Part shown: positions 1-9,135 of the stretch, piece by piece | How positions within the stretch are numbered: position 1 is the stretch's first letter | Layout of the letters: each line of letters opens with the position of its first letter | Origin: an uncultured virus (IMG/VR IMGVR_UViG_3300013105_000023) | Taxonomy: Duplodnaviria; Heunggongvirae; Uroviricota; Caudoviricetes | Strand: one strand, 5' to 3' | DNA: 64,000 nucleotides | IMG/VR virus record: IMGVR_UViG_3300013105_000023 | Made by a program: the position numbers and the translations under genes | Notes under the pieces: model-generated | Seen by the model: the letters and a program-made list of their open reading frames with translations, nothing else | What the model was told of the DNA's origin: nothing | Databases searched by the model: none

Positions 1-3000
1 GAAATGACCCTGGACAAGGAAACGACCGAAGTGACCCTGGGTAAATCCTTCGGTGGCATCGAGCCGGAAACCCTGCTGCGTGCCATGCACAACATCGTTC
101 AGGTGTACTCGAAGAAGCGCCCTGAGGATAACCGTGACTCACTGCAGTTCAAACGTGTGCAGAACCTGCCGGACTTCATCGGTCGTCGCTTCGAAGAGAA
201 CAAGACGCACCAGACGGTCGGCAAAGCGTTTGACCGTATCAAGTACAACATGAGCCGCTTGAAGGAAGACGCTCCGTCATTGCGTGAAGTGATTCCGTCG
301 AAGCCGTTCAACAAGATCTACACCGATTTCGTCATCGGTTCTCAGCTGTCGTCAACGCCGGACGAGACCAACCCAATCGAGTCGATCGAGAACGTCGGTA
401 AAGTTACGCTGATCGCCAAAGGTGAAGGCGGGATGTCCTCTGAGCGTCAGGCCACCAGCGAGTCACGTAACGTGCACCCGTCAAACCTGGGGATCATCGA
501 CCCGAGCCGTACCCCGGAGTCGTCATCTGCCGGCCTGGACCAGCGTTTCACCATTTCTGCCCGTCGCGACAAGGAAGGCGGCATGTACGCCCGTGCCCTC
601 GATGCGAAAACCGGTAAGATGGTCTACCTGTCCGCCAACGAGCTGATGACCAAGGTGGTTGGTTTCCCAGACGGCATCAAGAGCGGTAAACCTCAAGTTC
701 AAGCCCAGGTAAAAGGCGAGTTCAAGAGCGTGCCTCGCAGCGAAGTCGAATACTGGATCCCGTCGGGCACCGACATGTACACCATCACGACTAACCTCGT
801 GCCGTTCCTGAACGCCAACCACCCAGGTCGTCTGACCATGGCCGGTAAGGCAATCCCTCAGGCACTGTCACTGGTACACCGTGAAGCACCGTTGGTGCAA
901 ACCCTGGCGGACAACGGCCAGACCTTCGTGAAGCAAATCGGTCAGATCGTATCGACCGTGGCGCCAGCGGCGGGTACCGTCGTGAAAGCTGAGCCGAACA
1001 GCATCACCATCAAGACTGAAGAAGGCAAGCAGCACGTGGTCGACTTCGTGAAGAACCTGCCGTTCAACATGAAAGGTTTCCACGATGACGAAGCACACGG
1101 TCTGCAGGTCGGTGATCAAGTCAAAGCCGGGCAGGTTCTGTCGGACAACAACTACACCAAGAACGGTGAGTTCGCGATTGGTAAAAACCTGGAAACAGCG
1201 TACATGCCGTACAAAGGGTTCAACCACGAAGATGGTATCGTTGTATCCCGCTCTGCGTGTGCCAAGCTGACTTCGAACCACGCTTACAAAGTCGAATACT
1301 CGATGAGTAAGGAAACCGTGGCCGACCTCGGCAAGTACAAGTCAGCCTTCGCCGGCAAGTTCACCGCCGACCAGTTGAACAAGCTGGACAACCGTGGCTT
1401 CGCTAAGCCTGGTGTGACGCTGCATTACGGTGATCCGGTTTACGCCGTCCTCGAGACTCGTACGCTGACCGAGACCGACATGGTCCTGGGCCGTCTGCAC
1501 AAGACACTGGTGAACCCGTACCGTTCTGCTGCTGAGATTTGGGACCATGAAGAGCCCGGTGTTGTTACCGATTGCTCAACCGACGGCTCGAAGATCCGCA
1601 TCATGCTGCGTTCTGAGCGCCAGCTGGAAGTCGGTGACAAGGTGACCGGTCTGCACGGTAACAAAGGTGTTGTCTCTGCCATTCTGGAAGACGACGAGAT
1701 GCCGCATGCCAAGGCTACCGGTAAGCCACTCGACCTGATTCTGAACCCGGCGTCCGTGACTTCACGTATCAACCTGGGCCAAGTCTTTGAAGCTGCAGCT
1801 GGCAAGATCGCTCAGAAAGACGGCCAACCGTACAAGACCAAAGTGTACGATGAAGGCAACGTCGTGAAGAATATGATGGACAAGCTGAAAGAAAAAGGCT
1901 TGAGCGACACCGACACCGTGTACGATCCGAAGACTGGCCACGTCTACGGCGACCGCGTCCTGACCGGCCCGCAGTACATCCTGAAGCTGAACAAGACGAC
2001 GGATGCCAACTACTCAGCCCGTTCAGTTGGCGGTTACGACAACAACGCCCAGCCTACTAAGGGTGGTGACGATGGTGCGAAGTCTGTAGGTTACATGGAG
2101 TTCCTGGGCCTGCTCGGCTCAAACGCCCGTGCCAACCTGAAAGAGATCGGAACAGTCAAATCGGAAGGTGGTGATCATGCGGATACTCACGACTACTGGG
2201 ACAAGTTCATGCGTGGCCTCCCGCTGCCGCAGCCGAAAACGACGTTCGCAACGAAGAAATTCTTCGATTATCTGCGTGGTTCTGGGATCAACGTGTCCGA
2301 GCGTAATGGTAATCTCGTCGCGTCGCCGATGACTGACCGTGAAGTGCTGGCGAACTCATCAGGCGAAATCCATAAGCCTGACATGATCCTGGCCCGTAAC
2401 GTGTCGCCGGTGAAAGGTGGCCTGTTCGACATGGCAGTAACCGGTGGTCCAGAAGGCACCAACTGGTCGCATTACAAGTTGATGGAACCGATCGTCAACC
2501 CAGTGATGGAAATGCCGGTGCGTGACCTGACTGGTCTGAACCAGGAGCAGTTCAACAACGTCGTCAGCGGTAAGTTCGGTGTCATTCGTCGTGGCCACGG
2601 TCAGTTCGACTTAGTCGACACGCACAAAGACGACGCCGTCATCAAACGCATCAACGTTACCGGTCTGCTGAACAAGGCAGCGTCGGACGACGGCGAAGCG
2701 CTGGTGGGTGGGCACGCTATCAAGGCGATGCTCGGCGACATCCACGTTCAGGACGAACTGACCCATCTCCGTCAAGCAGTAGCCGATGAGAAATCGACGG
2801 CGAAGCGTGACAAGATGATCAAGAAGATGAAATTCCTGGCCGGTCTGGACAAGCAAGGGTTCAGCGACCCGTCGAAAGCGTACGTGCTGCACAACATGCC
2901 AGTGATCCCACCGGTGATGCGTCCGTACTCAATCTCCGGTAGCCGTCTGTCCTTCGCTGACGTGAACGAGCTGTACAAACACCACATGCTGGTGAACGGC

Positions 3001-3843
3001 CGTATGAAACGTCTGGACGAAGAGATCGGTATGGACATGACCTCTCCGGACATGGAAGGGATGGTTGATCTGCGTCGTGACCTGTATGAAGGCGCCAAGG
3101 CTATCATGGCCGGCGGCGAGCCGATCGACTTCCAGGCGAAGCAGAAAGGCCTGAAAGGTCTGCTCCAGCAGATCAAAGGTGACGAAGGTCCGAAGAACGG
3201 TTTCTTCCAGAGCAAGCTGTTATCTAAAAAGCAGGACTTCTCTGGCCGTGGCACCATCTACGCGGCGCCGGACGTGGGCTTCAACGAAGCGAAGATTCCG
3301 AAGGATCAGCTGTGGGAGATGTACAAGATGCACATCATCCGCGACCTGAGCCAGAAGGGTTACGATCTCGCCGAAGCGAAGAACGCGTACGAGTCTCGTA
3401 ATGATGCGGCCATGAATTCGTTCAACCACATCGTCGACACTGTACCTGTCCTGTTGAACCGTGCACCGACCCTGATGCGTACCAACATCATGGCGATGCG
3501 TCCAATTCCTTCCGAAGGGAAGACGATTGGTCTGAACATTCTGCACCTGCCAGGTTACGCCGCGGACTACGACGGCGACGCCCTGTCAATGTACGTGCCG
3601 ATGACGCCGGAAGCTGTGAAGGAAGCTCGTGAGAAGTTAATGCCGAGCAACCACCTGCATGACGCCCGCCGCGGATTCGGTAACCCGATGTTCGCCCCAG
3701 GTCACGAAGCCATCCTCGGTTCCGTACACCTGACGCAGCCGGACATGGAGCAGAAGGTCCACGAGTTCAAGACTGAAGAGGAAGCCCTCGCAGCCTTGAA
3801 GGAAGGGAAGATCAAATCCAACACCCCGATTAAGATCGGCTAA
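1..3843 (+). CDS. Multisubunit RNA polymerase, beta subunit fused to N-terminal half of beta' (probably 5'-partial)
   Basis: Beta motifs: NVHPSNLGIIDPSRTPE, GDKVTGLHGNKGVVS, PLDLILNPASVTSRINLGQ, QPTKG..GYMEF. Beta' motifs follow in the same frame: GGLFD, MPVIPPVMRP, LLSKKQDFSGRGTI, VLLNRAPTL and catalytic AADYDGD (3559-3579). The frame is open at the window edge. Confidence 0.93.
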   Translation, partial: EMTLDKETTEVTLGKSFGGIEPETLLRAMHNIVQVYSKKRPEDNRDSLQFKRVQNLPDFIGRRFEENKTHQTVGKAFDRIKYNMSRLKEDAPSLREVIPSKPFNKIYTDFVIGSQLSSTPDETNPIESIENVGKVTLIAKGEGGMSSERQATSESRNVHPSNLGIIDPSRTPESSSAGLDQRFTISARRDKEGGMYARALDAKTGKMVYLSANELMTKVVGFPDGIKSGKPQVQAQVKGEFKSVPRSEVEYWIPSGTDMYTITTNLVPFLNANHPGRLTMAGKAIPQALSLVHREAPLVQTLADNGQTFVKQIGQIVSTVAPAAGTVVKAEPNSITIKTEEGKQHVVDFVKNLPFNMKGFHDDEAHGLQVGDQVKAGQVLSDNNYTKNGEFAIGKNLETAYMPYKGFNHEDGIVVSRSACAKLTSNHAYKVEYSMSKETVADLGKYKSAFAGKFTADQLNKLDNRGFAKPGVTLHYGDPVYAVLETRTLTETDMVLGRLHKTLVNPYRSAAEIWDHEEPGVVTDCSTDGSKIRIMLRSERQLEVGDKVTGLHGNKGVVSAILEDDEMPHAKATGKPLDLILNPASVTSRINLGQVFEAAAGKIAQKDGQPYKTKVYDEGNVVKNMMDKLKEKGLSDTDTVYDPKTGHVYGDRVLTGPQYILKLNKTTDANYSARSVGGYDNNAQPTKGGDDGAKSVGYMEFLGLLGSNARANLKEIGTVKSEGGDHADTHDYWDKFMRGLPLPQPKTTFATKKFFDYLRGSGINVSERNGNLVASPMTDREVLANSSGEIHKPDMILARNVSPVKGGLFDMAVTGGPEGTNWSHYKLMEPIVNPVMEMPVRDLTGLNQEQFNNVVSGKFGVIRRGHGQFDLVDTHKDDAVIKRINVTGLLNKAASDDGEALVGGHAIKAMLGDIHVQDELTHLRQAVADEKSTAKRDKMIKKMKFLAGLDKQGFSDPSKAYVLHNMPVIPPVMRPYSISGSRLSFADVNELYKHHMLVNGRMKRLDEEIGMDMTSPDMEGMVDLRRDLYEGAKAIMAGGEPIDFQAKQKGLKGLLQQIKGDEGPKNGFFQSKLLSKKQDFSGRGTIYAAPDVGFNEAKIPKDQLWEMYKMHIIRDLSQKGYDLAEAKNAYESRNDAAMNSFNHIVDTVPVLLNRAPTLMRTNIMAMRPIPSEGKTIGLNILHLPGYAADYDGDALSMYVPMTPEAVKEAREKLMPSNHLHDARRGFGNPMFAPGHEAILGSVHLTQPDMEQKVHEFKTEEEALAALKEGKIKSNTPIKIG

Positions 3844-3877
3844 AAAGAACCCCAGGTCTCCCTGGGGTTTTTCTTTT
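3842..3877. terminator. Bidirectional intrinsic terminator
   Basis: ACCCCAGG-tctc-CCTGGGGT hairpin flanked by an A run and a T run, between convergent genes. Confidence 0.8.
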
Positions 3878-4478
3878 AGAACCATTTAATGTTCTGTTCG
3901 TACATTTCGTTCACGCGATCTTGAATCTTATCGGCGTGCTTGTCGACGTACAGTGCAGTGAGGTCCGTTCGAAGAAATTTGAAGTAACGATCCGCGTACT
4001 CCAGTGGGATGAAATACACCACCATCTCACGGTCGTTCTGCCACACTAAGCGTGGGCGGAATGGGATCACAACGGTATTCTTCAAGGATGGCTTCAGGCT
4101 GCACGCCACCCGTAAATCATAGTGGATCCCATGAGCTGCTTGCTCGAGCTGTACTGCACAGACCCAGATACGGCCATTCTCTTTGTATGTCGAGAGGCGG
4201 AACCTGCGGTCAAACTCAACGTCTACAGTCTGAGGAATACTCATGTCCCCAACGTTAAACGTACGGTCCAGAACCACATGTTTAATGAGCTCACGACGAT
4301 AAAGCCCATCCCAATCGGTTTCCCGAAGACTCGCCATCAAAGGGAGCAGTTCATCCAACGGTATGCCGCTGGGAGTTTGATACGTTTTGGCAAGTTCATC
4401 TACCAGTATGCCTTCCATGTTTACGTAGAATTGGTCTTCTACCTTAACTACATCAATTTCTTTGCCAAAGAAGTTCAT
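3876..4478 (-). CDS. Hypothetical protein, possibly Bro-N/antirepressor-like DNA-binding
   Basis: 200 aa; N-terminus MNFFGKEIDVVKVEDQFYVNMEGI resembles the Bro-N/P22 antirepressor N-terminal pattern; coupled to upstream ORF. Confidence 0.5.
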   Translation of the reverse strand: MNFFGKEIDVVKVEDQFYVNMEGILVDELAKTYQTPSGIPLDELLPLMASLRETDWDGLYRRELIKHVVLDRTFNVGDMSIPQTVDVEFDRRFRLSTYKENGRIWVCAVQLEQAAHGIHYDLRVACSLKPSLKNTVVIPFRPRLVWQNDREMVVYFIPLEYADRYFKFLRTDLTALYVDKHADKIQDRVNEMYEQNIKWF

Positions 4479-4795
4479 ACAATTTTCCTGTGATCCTTAA
4501 GTATTTCTGTAATCAGTGCATCGGGTAAAGCGTGTTCCAGTTTTTCGTTCAGGGTTTGCAGATCCTCCAGTCGGATGCAGGTGGTGTGAAACTCCCGCGT
4601 ACCCCAGGATATGAGGACGGTCTTTGGGGATATTTTGGCAGATTTCAAAGCAGCCTTGACTATCTCGCCGCCGACGTTGGCCAAGTTGCGAATGGAACTT
4701 ACTGTGATGAAAGGACGTTTACGCTCACGGACCAGTTGTAAACCACGAAAGGACATGATGTTCTGTCCTATGGTACTGCTCTTCACATGTTTCAT
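4475..4795 (-). CDS. Hypothetical protein
   Basis: 106 aa ORF with a 4-nt overlap with the next minus-strand gene. Confidence 0.55.
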   Translation of the reverse strand: MKHVKSSTIGQNIMSFRGLQLVRERKRPFITVSSIRNLANVGGEIVKAALKSAKISPKTVLISWGTREFHTTCIRLEDLQTLNEKLEHALPDALITEILKDHRKIV

Positions 4796-4819
4796 AATAG
4801 GAAAAGGCCCCAGCGGGCC

Positions 4820-5155
4820 TTAGTGTTTGAGTGGAGTGAACTCCGGAAGCGAAGACCAGAAGCGGAGCAAGACCTCTTCTAGGGCTTCGATGAACAGGTC
4901 CCGTTGATCCGGGTAATCCAATCCATTATCGGGCATGGCTCTCAGTGCTGCCATGACGTCCGGCACCAGGCTGTAATGGCCAAGGGTGAACGCTCTATCC
5001 GATTCCGAAGTGATGATGTTCGAGTACAGCGGAAGTGGTGCCACGTTTTCACGGACACGCAGAGTTTTCCAAAGCAGAACGACATCGACGTAGACTTCCT
5101 TGTTGAACTTCACAGTACTCACGGGAAGGGTGTTAATGTACAGAATATAGACCAT
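4820..5155 (-). CDS. Hypothetical protein, possibly Bro-N-like
   Basis: 111 aa; GGAGG SD; PVSTVKFNKEVYVDVVLLWKTL pattern. Confidence 0.55.
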   Translation of the reverse strand: MVYILYINTLPVSTVKFNKEVYVDVVLLWKTLRVRENVAPLPLYSNIITSESDRAFTLGHYSLVPDVMAALRAMPDNGLDYPDQRDLFIEALEEVLLRFWSSLPEFTPLKH

Positions 5156-5177
5156 GGGCGGTACCTCCGCCCTGATT

Positions 5178-5327
5178 TTACTTGAGGATCGTTGGACCCT
5201 TTAAGTTATTGTCTTTGTAGTATTTACGGACACGACGGACACGTTGATGGTCTTTTCCGGCTACCCAGCAGAGGTATCCTGCCAGTGCAAGAATGACCGC
5301 GATAAGGATTATGTCACCTGGTTCCAT
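5178..5327 (-). CDS. Small membrane protein (49 aa, not in ORF track)
   Basis: MEPGDIILIAVILALAGYLCWVAGKDHQRVRRVRK...: one TM helix then a basic tail; GGAG SD; downstream of a GGTATAAG motif. Confidence 0.55.
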   Translation of the reverse strand: MEPGDIILIAVILALAGYLCWVAGKDHQRVRRVRKYYKDNNLKGPTILK

Positions 5328-5363
5328 AGTTACTCCAAAATGAATGTGTTTGTGTACACTTTC

Positions 5364-5379
5364 CTTATACCCTAAAATA
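5364..5379. promoter_or_regulatory. Back-to-back promoter element CTTATACCCTAAAATA
   Basis: Exact 16-mer also at 7271-7286; both copies lie between divergent genes. Confidence 0.6.
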
Positions 5380-5402
5380 AAAGCGGAATGGAGGAGATCA
5401 CC

Positions 5403-5558
5403 ATGAACCCAAATACAGACTCTTTAGAGCAAGGTATCCGCGTCGGGGTAACCCTCGGATCACTCGTTGCTCTTCGTGCAGCCTTCAAAGGCTCACGTCA
5501 AGCCGGCAAAGGTATCTACCGCCGGGCAGTAAAACTGAGAGGTAAGAATGGACGATAA
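5403..5558 (+). CDS. Small basic hypothetical protein (51 aa, not in ORF track)
   Basis: Strong GGAGGAG SD; overlaps the start of the next gene. Confidence 0.55.
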   Translation: MNPNTDSLEQGIRVGVTLGSLVALRAAFKGSRQAGKGIYRRAVKLRGKNGR

Positions 5559-6213
5559 AAGCCAAGTCATTGAAGCTTACCGTCAACCGGAAACGAAGAT
5601 TATCCTGAAGTCGATGACCGACCCGCGGCCGCACAAGATCGCTTCGGCGTACTTGAAAGCCAAGGTCCGGTTACTCTTAGGGCGATCGCATGAGAAGAAA
5701 GCACTCTGGACCCGACCGATTGACGACATGTCATTCCTGGCCGTCGACGCCCTACAAGGCGGAGGCGCCCTGGGAGGCTCTCAGTTGGGACGTCGTGTCG
5801 CAGCAATGGTAGCGCCCCGGTCTATGCAGATGCAGGCCGTAGGGATGATTGGGGGCGCTCTGGCAGGGTCTTCTCTCGCCGGTGCCATTGGTAAGAAGAT
5901 CATCGGCGGAGCGATCAATGCGGCGGACCAAGCCGGCGTGCTCCCAGAAGCGTTGACACACGTCAACATCATGAGCGAACGCCAGTCTAAGTACTCCAAC
6001 ATCGGATCAGCAGCTGGGATTGCCATGGCGGTGCCACTGTCTCTGCGTCTGCTCTTGAAGCCGGGAACTTCGCCGATCGCCGCGGTGGCTGGAAGCTTAG
6101 GATCGGCCTACCTGTTGTCCCGTGCTGGGAACGCGGCTGGGAACGTTGTGGGTTACTACGCGGACAAACGTTCCGATGTAATCGGTGACACAGCAAGCGA
6201 TCCGGACGCTTGA
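5548..6213 (+). CDS. Gly/Ala-rich glycine-zipper protein, possibly internal virion/ejection protein
   Basis: 221 aa with GxxxG-rich hydrophobic segments and KxA motifs. Confidence 0.55.
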   Translation: MDDKSQVIEAYRQPETKIILKSMTDPRPHKIASAYLKAKVRLLLGRSHEKKALWTRPIDDMSFLAVDALQGGGALGGSQLGRRVAAMVAPRSMQMQAVGMIGGALAGSSLAGAIGKKIIGGAINAADQAGVLPEALTHVNIMSERQSKYSNIGSAAGIAMAVPLSLRLLLKPGTSPIAAVAGSLGSAYLLSRAGNAAGNVVGYYADKRSDVIGDTASDPDA

Positions 6214-6227
6214 TACGCCGATACGGT

Positions 6228-6452
6228 ATGTACGTGGAAAGTCACACCCCTCTATAGCTCTCTCTGGTGGGTATAGATACTCTCTATATATCTTTAAAAA
6301 AGCCTTAGTAAGTAGTTTATAGTATAGGGGAACAGTTACACTATAATAGGTGTCAAGAGTGACGTACCAAACGTATCAACGTACCAACTGCCCTTAAAGC
6401 CTTGTGACACAAGGGTTTTCTCTGATACGTCGTTGGAACATTTGGCGTATCA
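6228..6452. repeat. Dispersed non-coding repeat, copy 1
   Basis: Homologous to 39679-39902; 62-bp identical core at 6285-6346. Confidence 0.9.
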
Positions 6453-6457
6453 GAATG

Positions 6458-6488
6458 TAAAAAGGGGAGGTGACTCCCCTTTGTTTTA
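6458..6488. terminator. Intrinsic terminator, possibly bidirectional
   Basis: AAAGGGGAG-gtga-CTCCCCTTT hairpin with flanking A and T runs. Confidence 0.7.
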
Positions 6489-6851
6489 TCAAAACGCCTT
6501 GGCCATCAGGTTAGGCAATGTGGTCATACAGGTTCTTTGACGATCCAATTTGGACATGTCTTTGAGTTTTACTCGTGAAGCATAAAGGGACAGGTTGTCC
6601 AGAGCGATCCACAGCTCTTTCTTCCCATCAGGGGTTTGGATAACTTTTGCGTGTGGTGTCACGTGCTTGTTAACTTGCAGTGCCGCCTTTGAAGTATTAA
6701 CCACCAGCTCAGTGATTTGCTCTTCGTAGTCCAGTCCCAAGAATTCGCTCAGTGAACGAACAGAGACCCAAGTGGTACCCTCGGTGTGTAACAGATCAAT
6801 TGGTGAAGCTTGTACTTGAATAGTTTTGGTCAGCATAGTTTTTGCGAGCAT
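6489..6851 (-). CDS. P22 antirepressor N-terminal/Bro-N-like DNA-binding protein
   Basis: PIDLLHTEGTTWVSVRSLSEFLGLDYEEQ...TPDGKKELWIALDNL matches the antirepressor N-domain pattern; GAGG SD. Confidence 0.6.
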   Translation of the reverse strand: MLAKTMLTKTIQVQASPIDLLHTEGTTWVSVRSLSEFLGLDYEEQITELVVNTSKAALQVNKHVTPHAKVIQTPDGKKELWIALDNLSLYASRVKLKDMSKLDRQRTCMTTLPNLMAKAF

Positions 6852-6969
6852 GGTATGCTCCCTCTGTGAATGTATGAGAAGTTGGTTATTTCTTACTACT
6901 TTGCTTATACCAGGATAGCCCTTCTATGAGGGCTCAATTAGCCAAACATCTCGCCTAATCTCCTCGGTA

Positions 6970-7245
6970 CTACGTCGTGCGTTTCCTTACACACAAGTCC
7001 CACAGTTCCTGTGGTGCTTCAGACTTCCACTCCGTGAAGCCTTGCGTGCCCTCCTGGATCCAAGCCCAGTTAGGGACGTGCTCTTTAAAGAGGGTCTTCG
7101 AGTAGACCCGGATGCGGCCAAAGAGTAGAATATCTTTGACGAAATACTGCATGCGACGAAGCTCCTTATCGACGTATCCCTGCATCGGAAGTTCATACTC
7201 CCGAGCAAAAGCGCGATGTCGTACCACGAACAGCTTACTGAACAT
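6970..7245 (-). CDS. Hypothetical protein
   Basis: 91 aa; AAGGAGG SD; GGTATAAG upstream. Confidence 0.6.
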   Translation of the reverse strand: MFSKLFVVRHRAFAREYELPMQGYVDKELRRMQYFVKDILLFGRIRVYSKTLFKEHVPNWAWIQEGTQGFTEWKSEAPQELWDLCVRKRTT

Positions 7246-7314
7246 AAATCCTCCTTAGTTCTGTATATTACTTATACCCTAAAATAGGTTCAGTTGATCA
7301 ACGAAAAAGGTGAC

Positions 7315-9135
7315 ATGATGACTCAAATTATCACTCCCGGGGCGCTTCTCGTTAAGAGCATGCTCCCTGAAGCTTCAAAGCAACACTTTGACCCACACGT
7401 GGTGTTAAACAAGAACGGCGTTAAAGACCTGATTGCAAACGTGATCACTCACGGCGGTGATAAAGCAGCAGACACGATCTCGGACCTGTCTCACCTGTTC
7501 TTCCACACTGCAACCGATCACGGTTACTCGACGCCACTGTCCGACTATTACAACGATTCCGACGAACGTACGGCATTGCTGAAAGAATACGAAACGGCCG
7601 TCAACCACGTGAACGACAAGGAAGGCCTGTCAGAACGTGAGAAGCGTGAACAACTGTCCGAGCTCGGCAGCAAGTACGGTGACATCCTGACGAACCAGAA
7701 CCTGAAGTACCTGATGTCCCGCAAATCGACGGCGGCACTGATGGCACAGACCGGTGCCCGTGGTAACCCAAGTCAGCTGCAGCAGGGTACGTCTTCACCG
7801 ATCCAGTCAAAGCGCATCGACGGTACGCCAATCCCACTGGCGATCACCCACTCGTTCGCGGAAGGCTTGACACCGGCGGAGCACTTGGCCATGTCTTACT
7901 GGGGTCGTAGTAACACCGTTTCCGCCCAGCTCTCAACGTCGAAACCGGGTGACATGTTCAAATCGATCACACCAAACCTGTATCACGAAGTGGTGACCGA
8001 GGCTGACTGTCATACGCACAATGGTGTCGTTGAGCCGATCTCTGAGAAGAAGCGTGTGCTGTACCATTACGAAGCCGGCACCGATCGCCTGATCGATGAG
8101 CGTTACTTCAACGATCTGAAACACGACGGTGCCAAAAACGTGAAGGTCCGTAACACCATGACGTGCCAGGCCAAAGATGGCGTGTGCCAGAAGTGCTACG
8201 GTTTGGATTCTCGCGGCAAACTCCCAGAAATCGGTGAGAACGTCGGCGTGATCGCGGCCCAATCGGCGTCAGAAGTTCTGACCCAGATGATTCTCGGTAC
8301 TAAGCACGACGCGAAGTCCGGTAAGTCCGTTAACCCGTTCGACCAGACATCTAACTTGCTGATCAACCAGGAAAAATTCCCGGATAAGGCAACGATCTCT
8401 GAAACCAACGGTGAAGTGACGCACGTTGAGACCACGTCTCTGGGTGATGCCAAAGTGCACGTGTCTGGCAAGGAATACTTCATCCCGAACTCACAGGACG
8501 TGATCGTCGGCGAAGGTCACAAAGTGAAGATCGGTCAACCGCTGTCTACCGGTACCGTGAACCCACGTGAACTCGTGGCGCTCCGCGGCCTGGGTGAAGG
8601 ACGTCGTTACATGTCCAACAAGCTGTCTGAGATTTACGGCGGTGGCATGGATCCACGTCACTTCGACCTGATCGCCAAGAACCTGATCAAGTACGTTAAA
8701 GTGCGTGAAGCAGGAGAGACCGGATACATGCCAGGCCAGGTCGTTTCTGTGAACCACATCCAAGACGAACTGCAGAAGGACCAAGAGCTGCTCCCAATCG
8801 AGCGTGCTGCCGGTAAACAACTGGCACGCCCGGTCCTGGAATTAACCCCAGGCACCGTACTCGATGCGAATCACCTGCAGTATCTGAACAAGCATGGCGT
8901 AACTGACGTTCACACGTCTCGTTCCGGCCTGGTTGTCGATCCGCTGGTTCCCGGGATCAAGACCGTTAAGCTGAACGACACCAACTGGATCTCCCGTCTG
9001 GCGTTCAAACAGATCGGTAAGACCCTGAGCGAAGCAGCAGCAACGGGCATGGAGTCCGCGGCCACCAGCACCGACCCAATCGCTCCGTACATTCTTGGCG
9101 GTGCATTCGGTGAAGGACAGAACGGGAAATACTAA
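7315..9135 (+). CDS. RNA polymerase beta' subunit, C-terminal half
   Basis: TGARG; bridge-helix region GLTPAEH..SYWGRS; Zn site DCHT..C....GVCQKCYG; trigger loop GENVGVIAAQSASEVLTQMILGTKH; RHFDLI. Start placed at ATG 7315/7318 after an AAAGG SD. Confidence 0.9.
   Translation: MMTQIITPGALLVKSMLPEASKQHFDPHVVLNKNGVKDLIANVITHGGDKAADTISDLSHLFFHTATDHGYSTPLSDYYNDSDERTALLKEYETAVNHVNDKEGLSEREKREQLSELGSKYGDILTNQNLKYLMSRKSTAALMAQTGARGNPSQLQQGTSSPIQSKRIDGTPIPLAITHSFAEGLTPAEHLAMSYWGRSNTVSAQLSTSKPGDMFKSITPNLYHEVVTEADCHTHNGVVEPISEKKRVLYHYEAGTDRLIDERYFNDLKHDGAKNVKVRNTMTCQAKDGVCQKCYGLDSRGKLPEIGENVGVIAAQSASEVLTQMILGTKHDAKSGKSVNPFDQTSNLLINQEKFPDKATISETNGEVTHVETTSLGDAKVHVSGKEYFIPNSQDVIVGEGHKVKIGQPLSTGTVNPRELVALRGLGEGRRYMSNKLSEIYGGGMDPRHFDLIAKNLIKYVKVREAGETGYMPGQVVSVNHIQDELQKDQELLPIERAAGKQLARPVLELTPGTVLDANHLQYLNKHGVTDVHTSRSGLVVDPLVPGIKTVKLNDTNWISRLAFKQIGKTLSEAAATGMESAATSTDPIAPYILGGAFGEGQNGKY

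Noticed and set aside
6228..6452. Dispersed repeat as CRISPR array, IS end or tRNA
   Set aside because: There is no repeat-spacer periodicity, no transposase and no cloverleaf or T-loop motif.
3844..7314. Intron or intein splitting the RNAP beta' gene
   Set aside because: The first gene ends with a stop and terminator and the second has its own promoter motif and SD; I saw no splicing or homing-endonuclease motifs.
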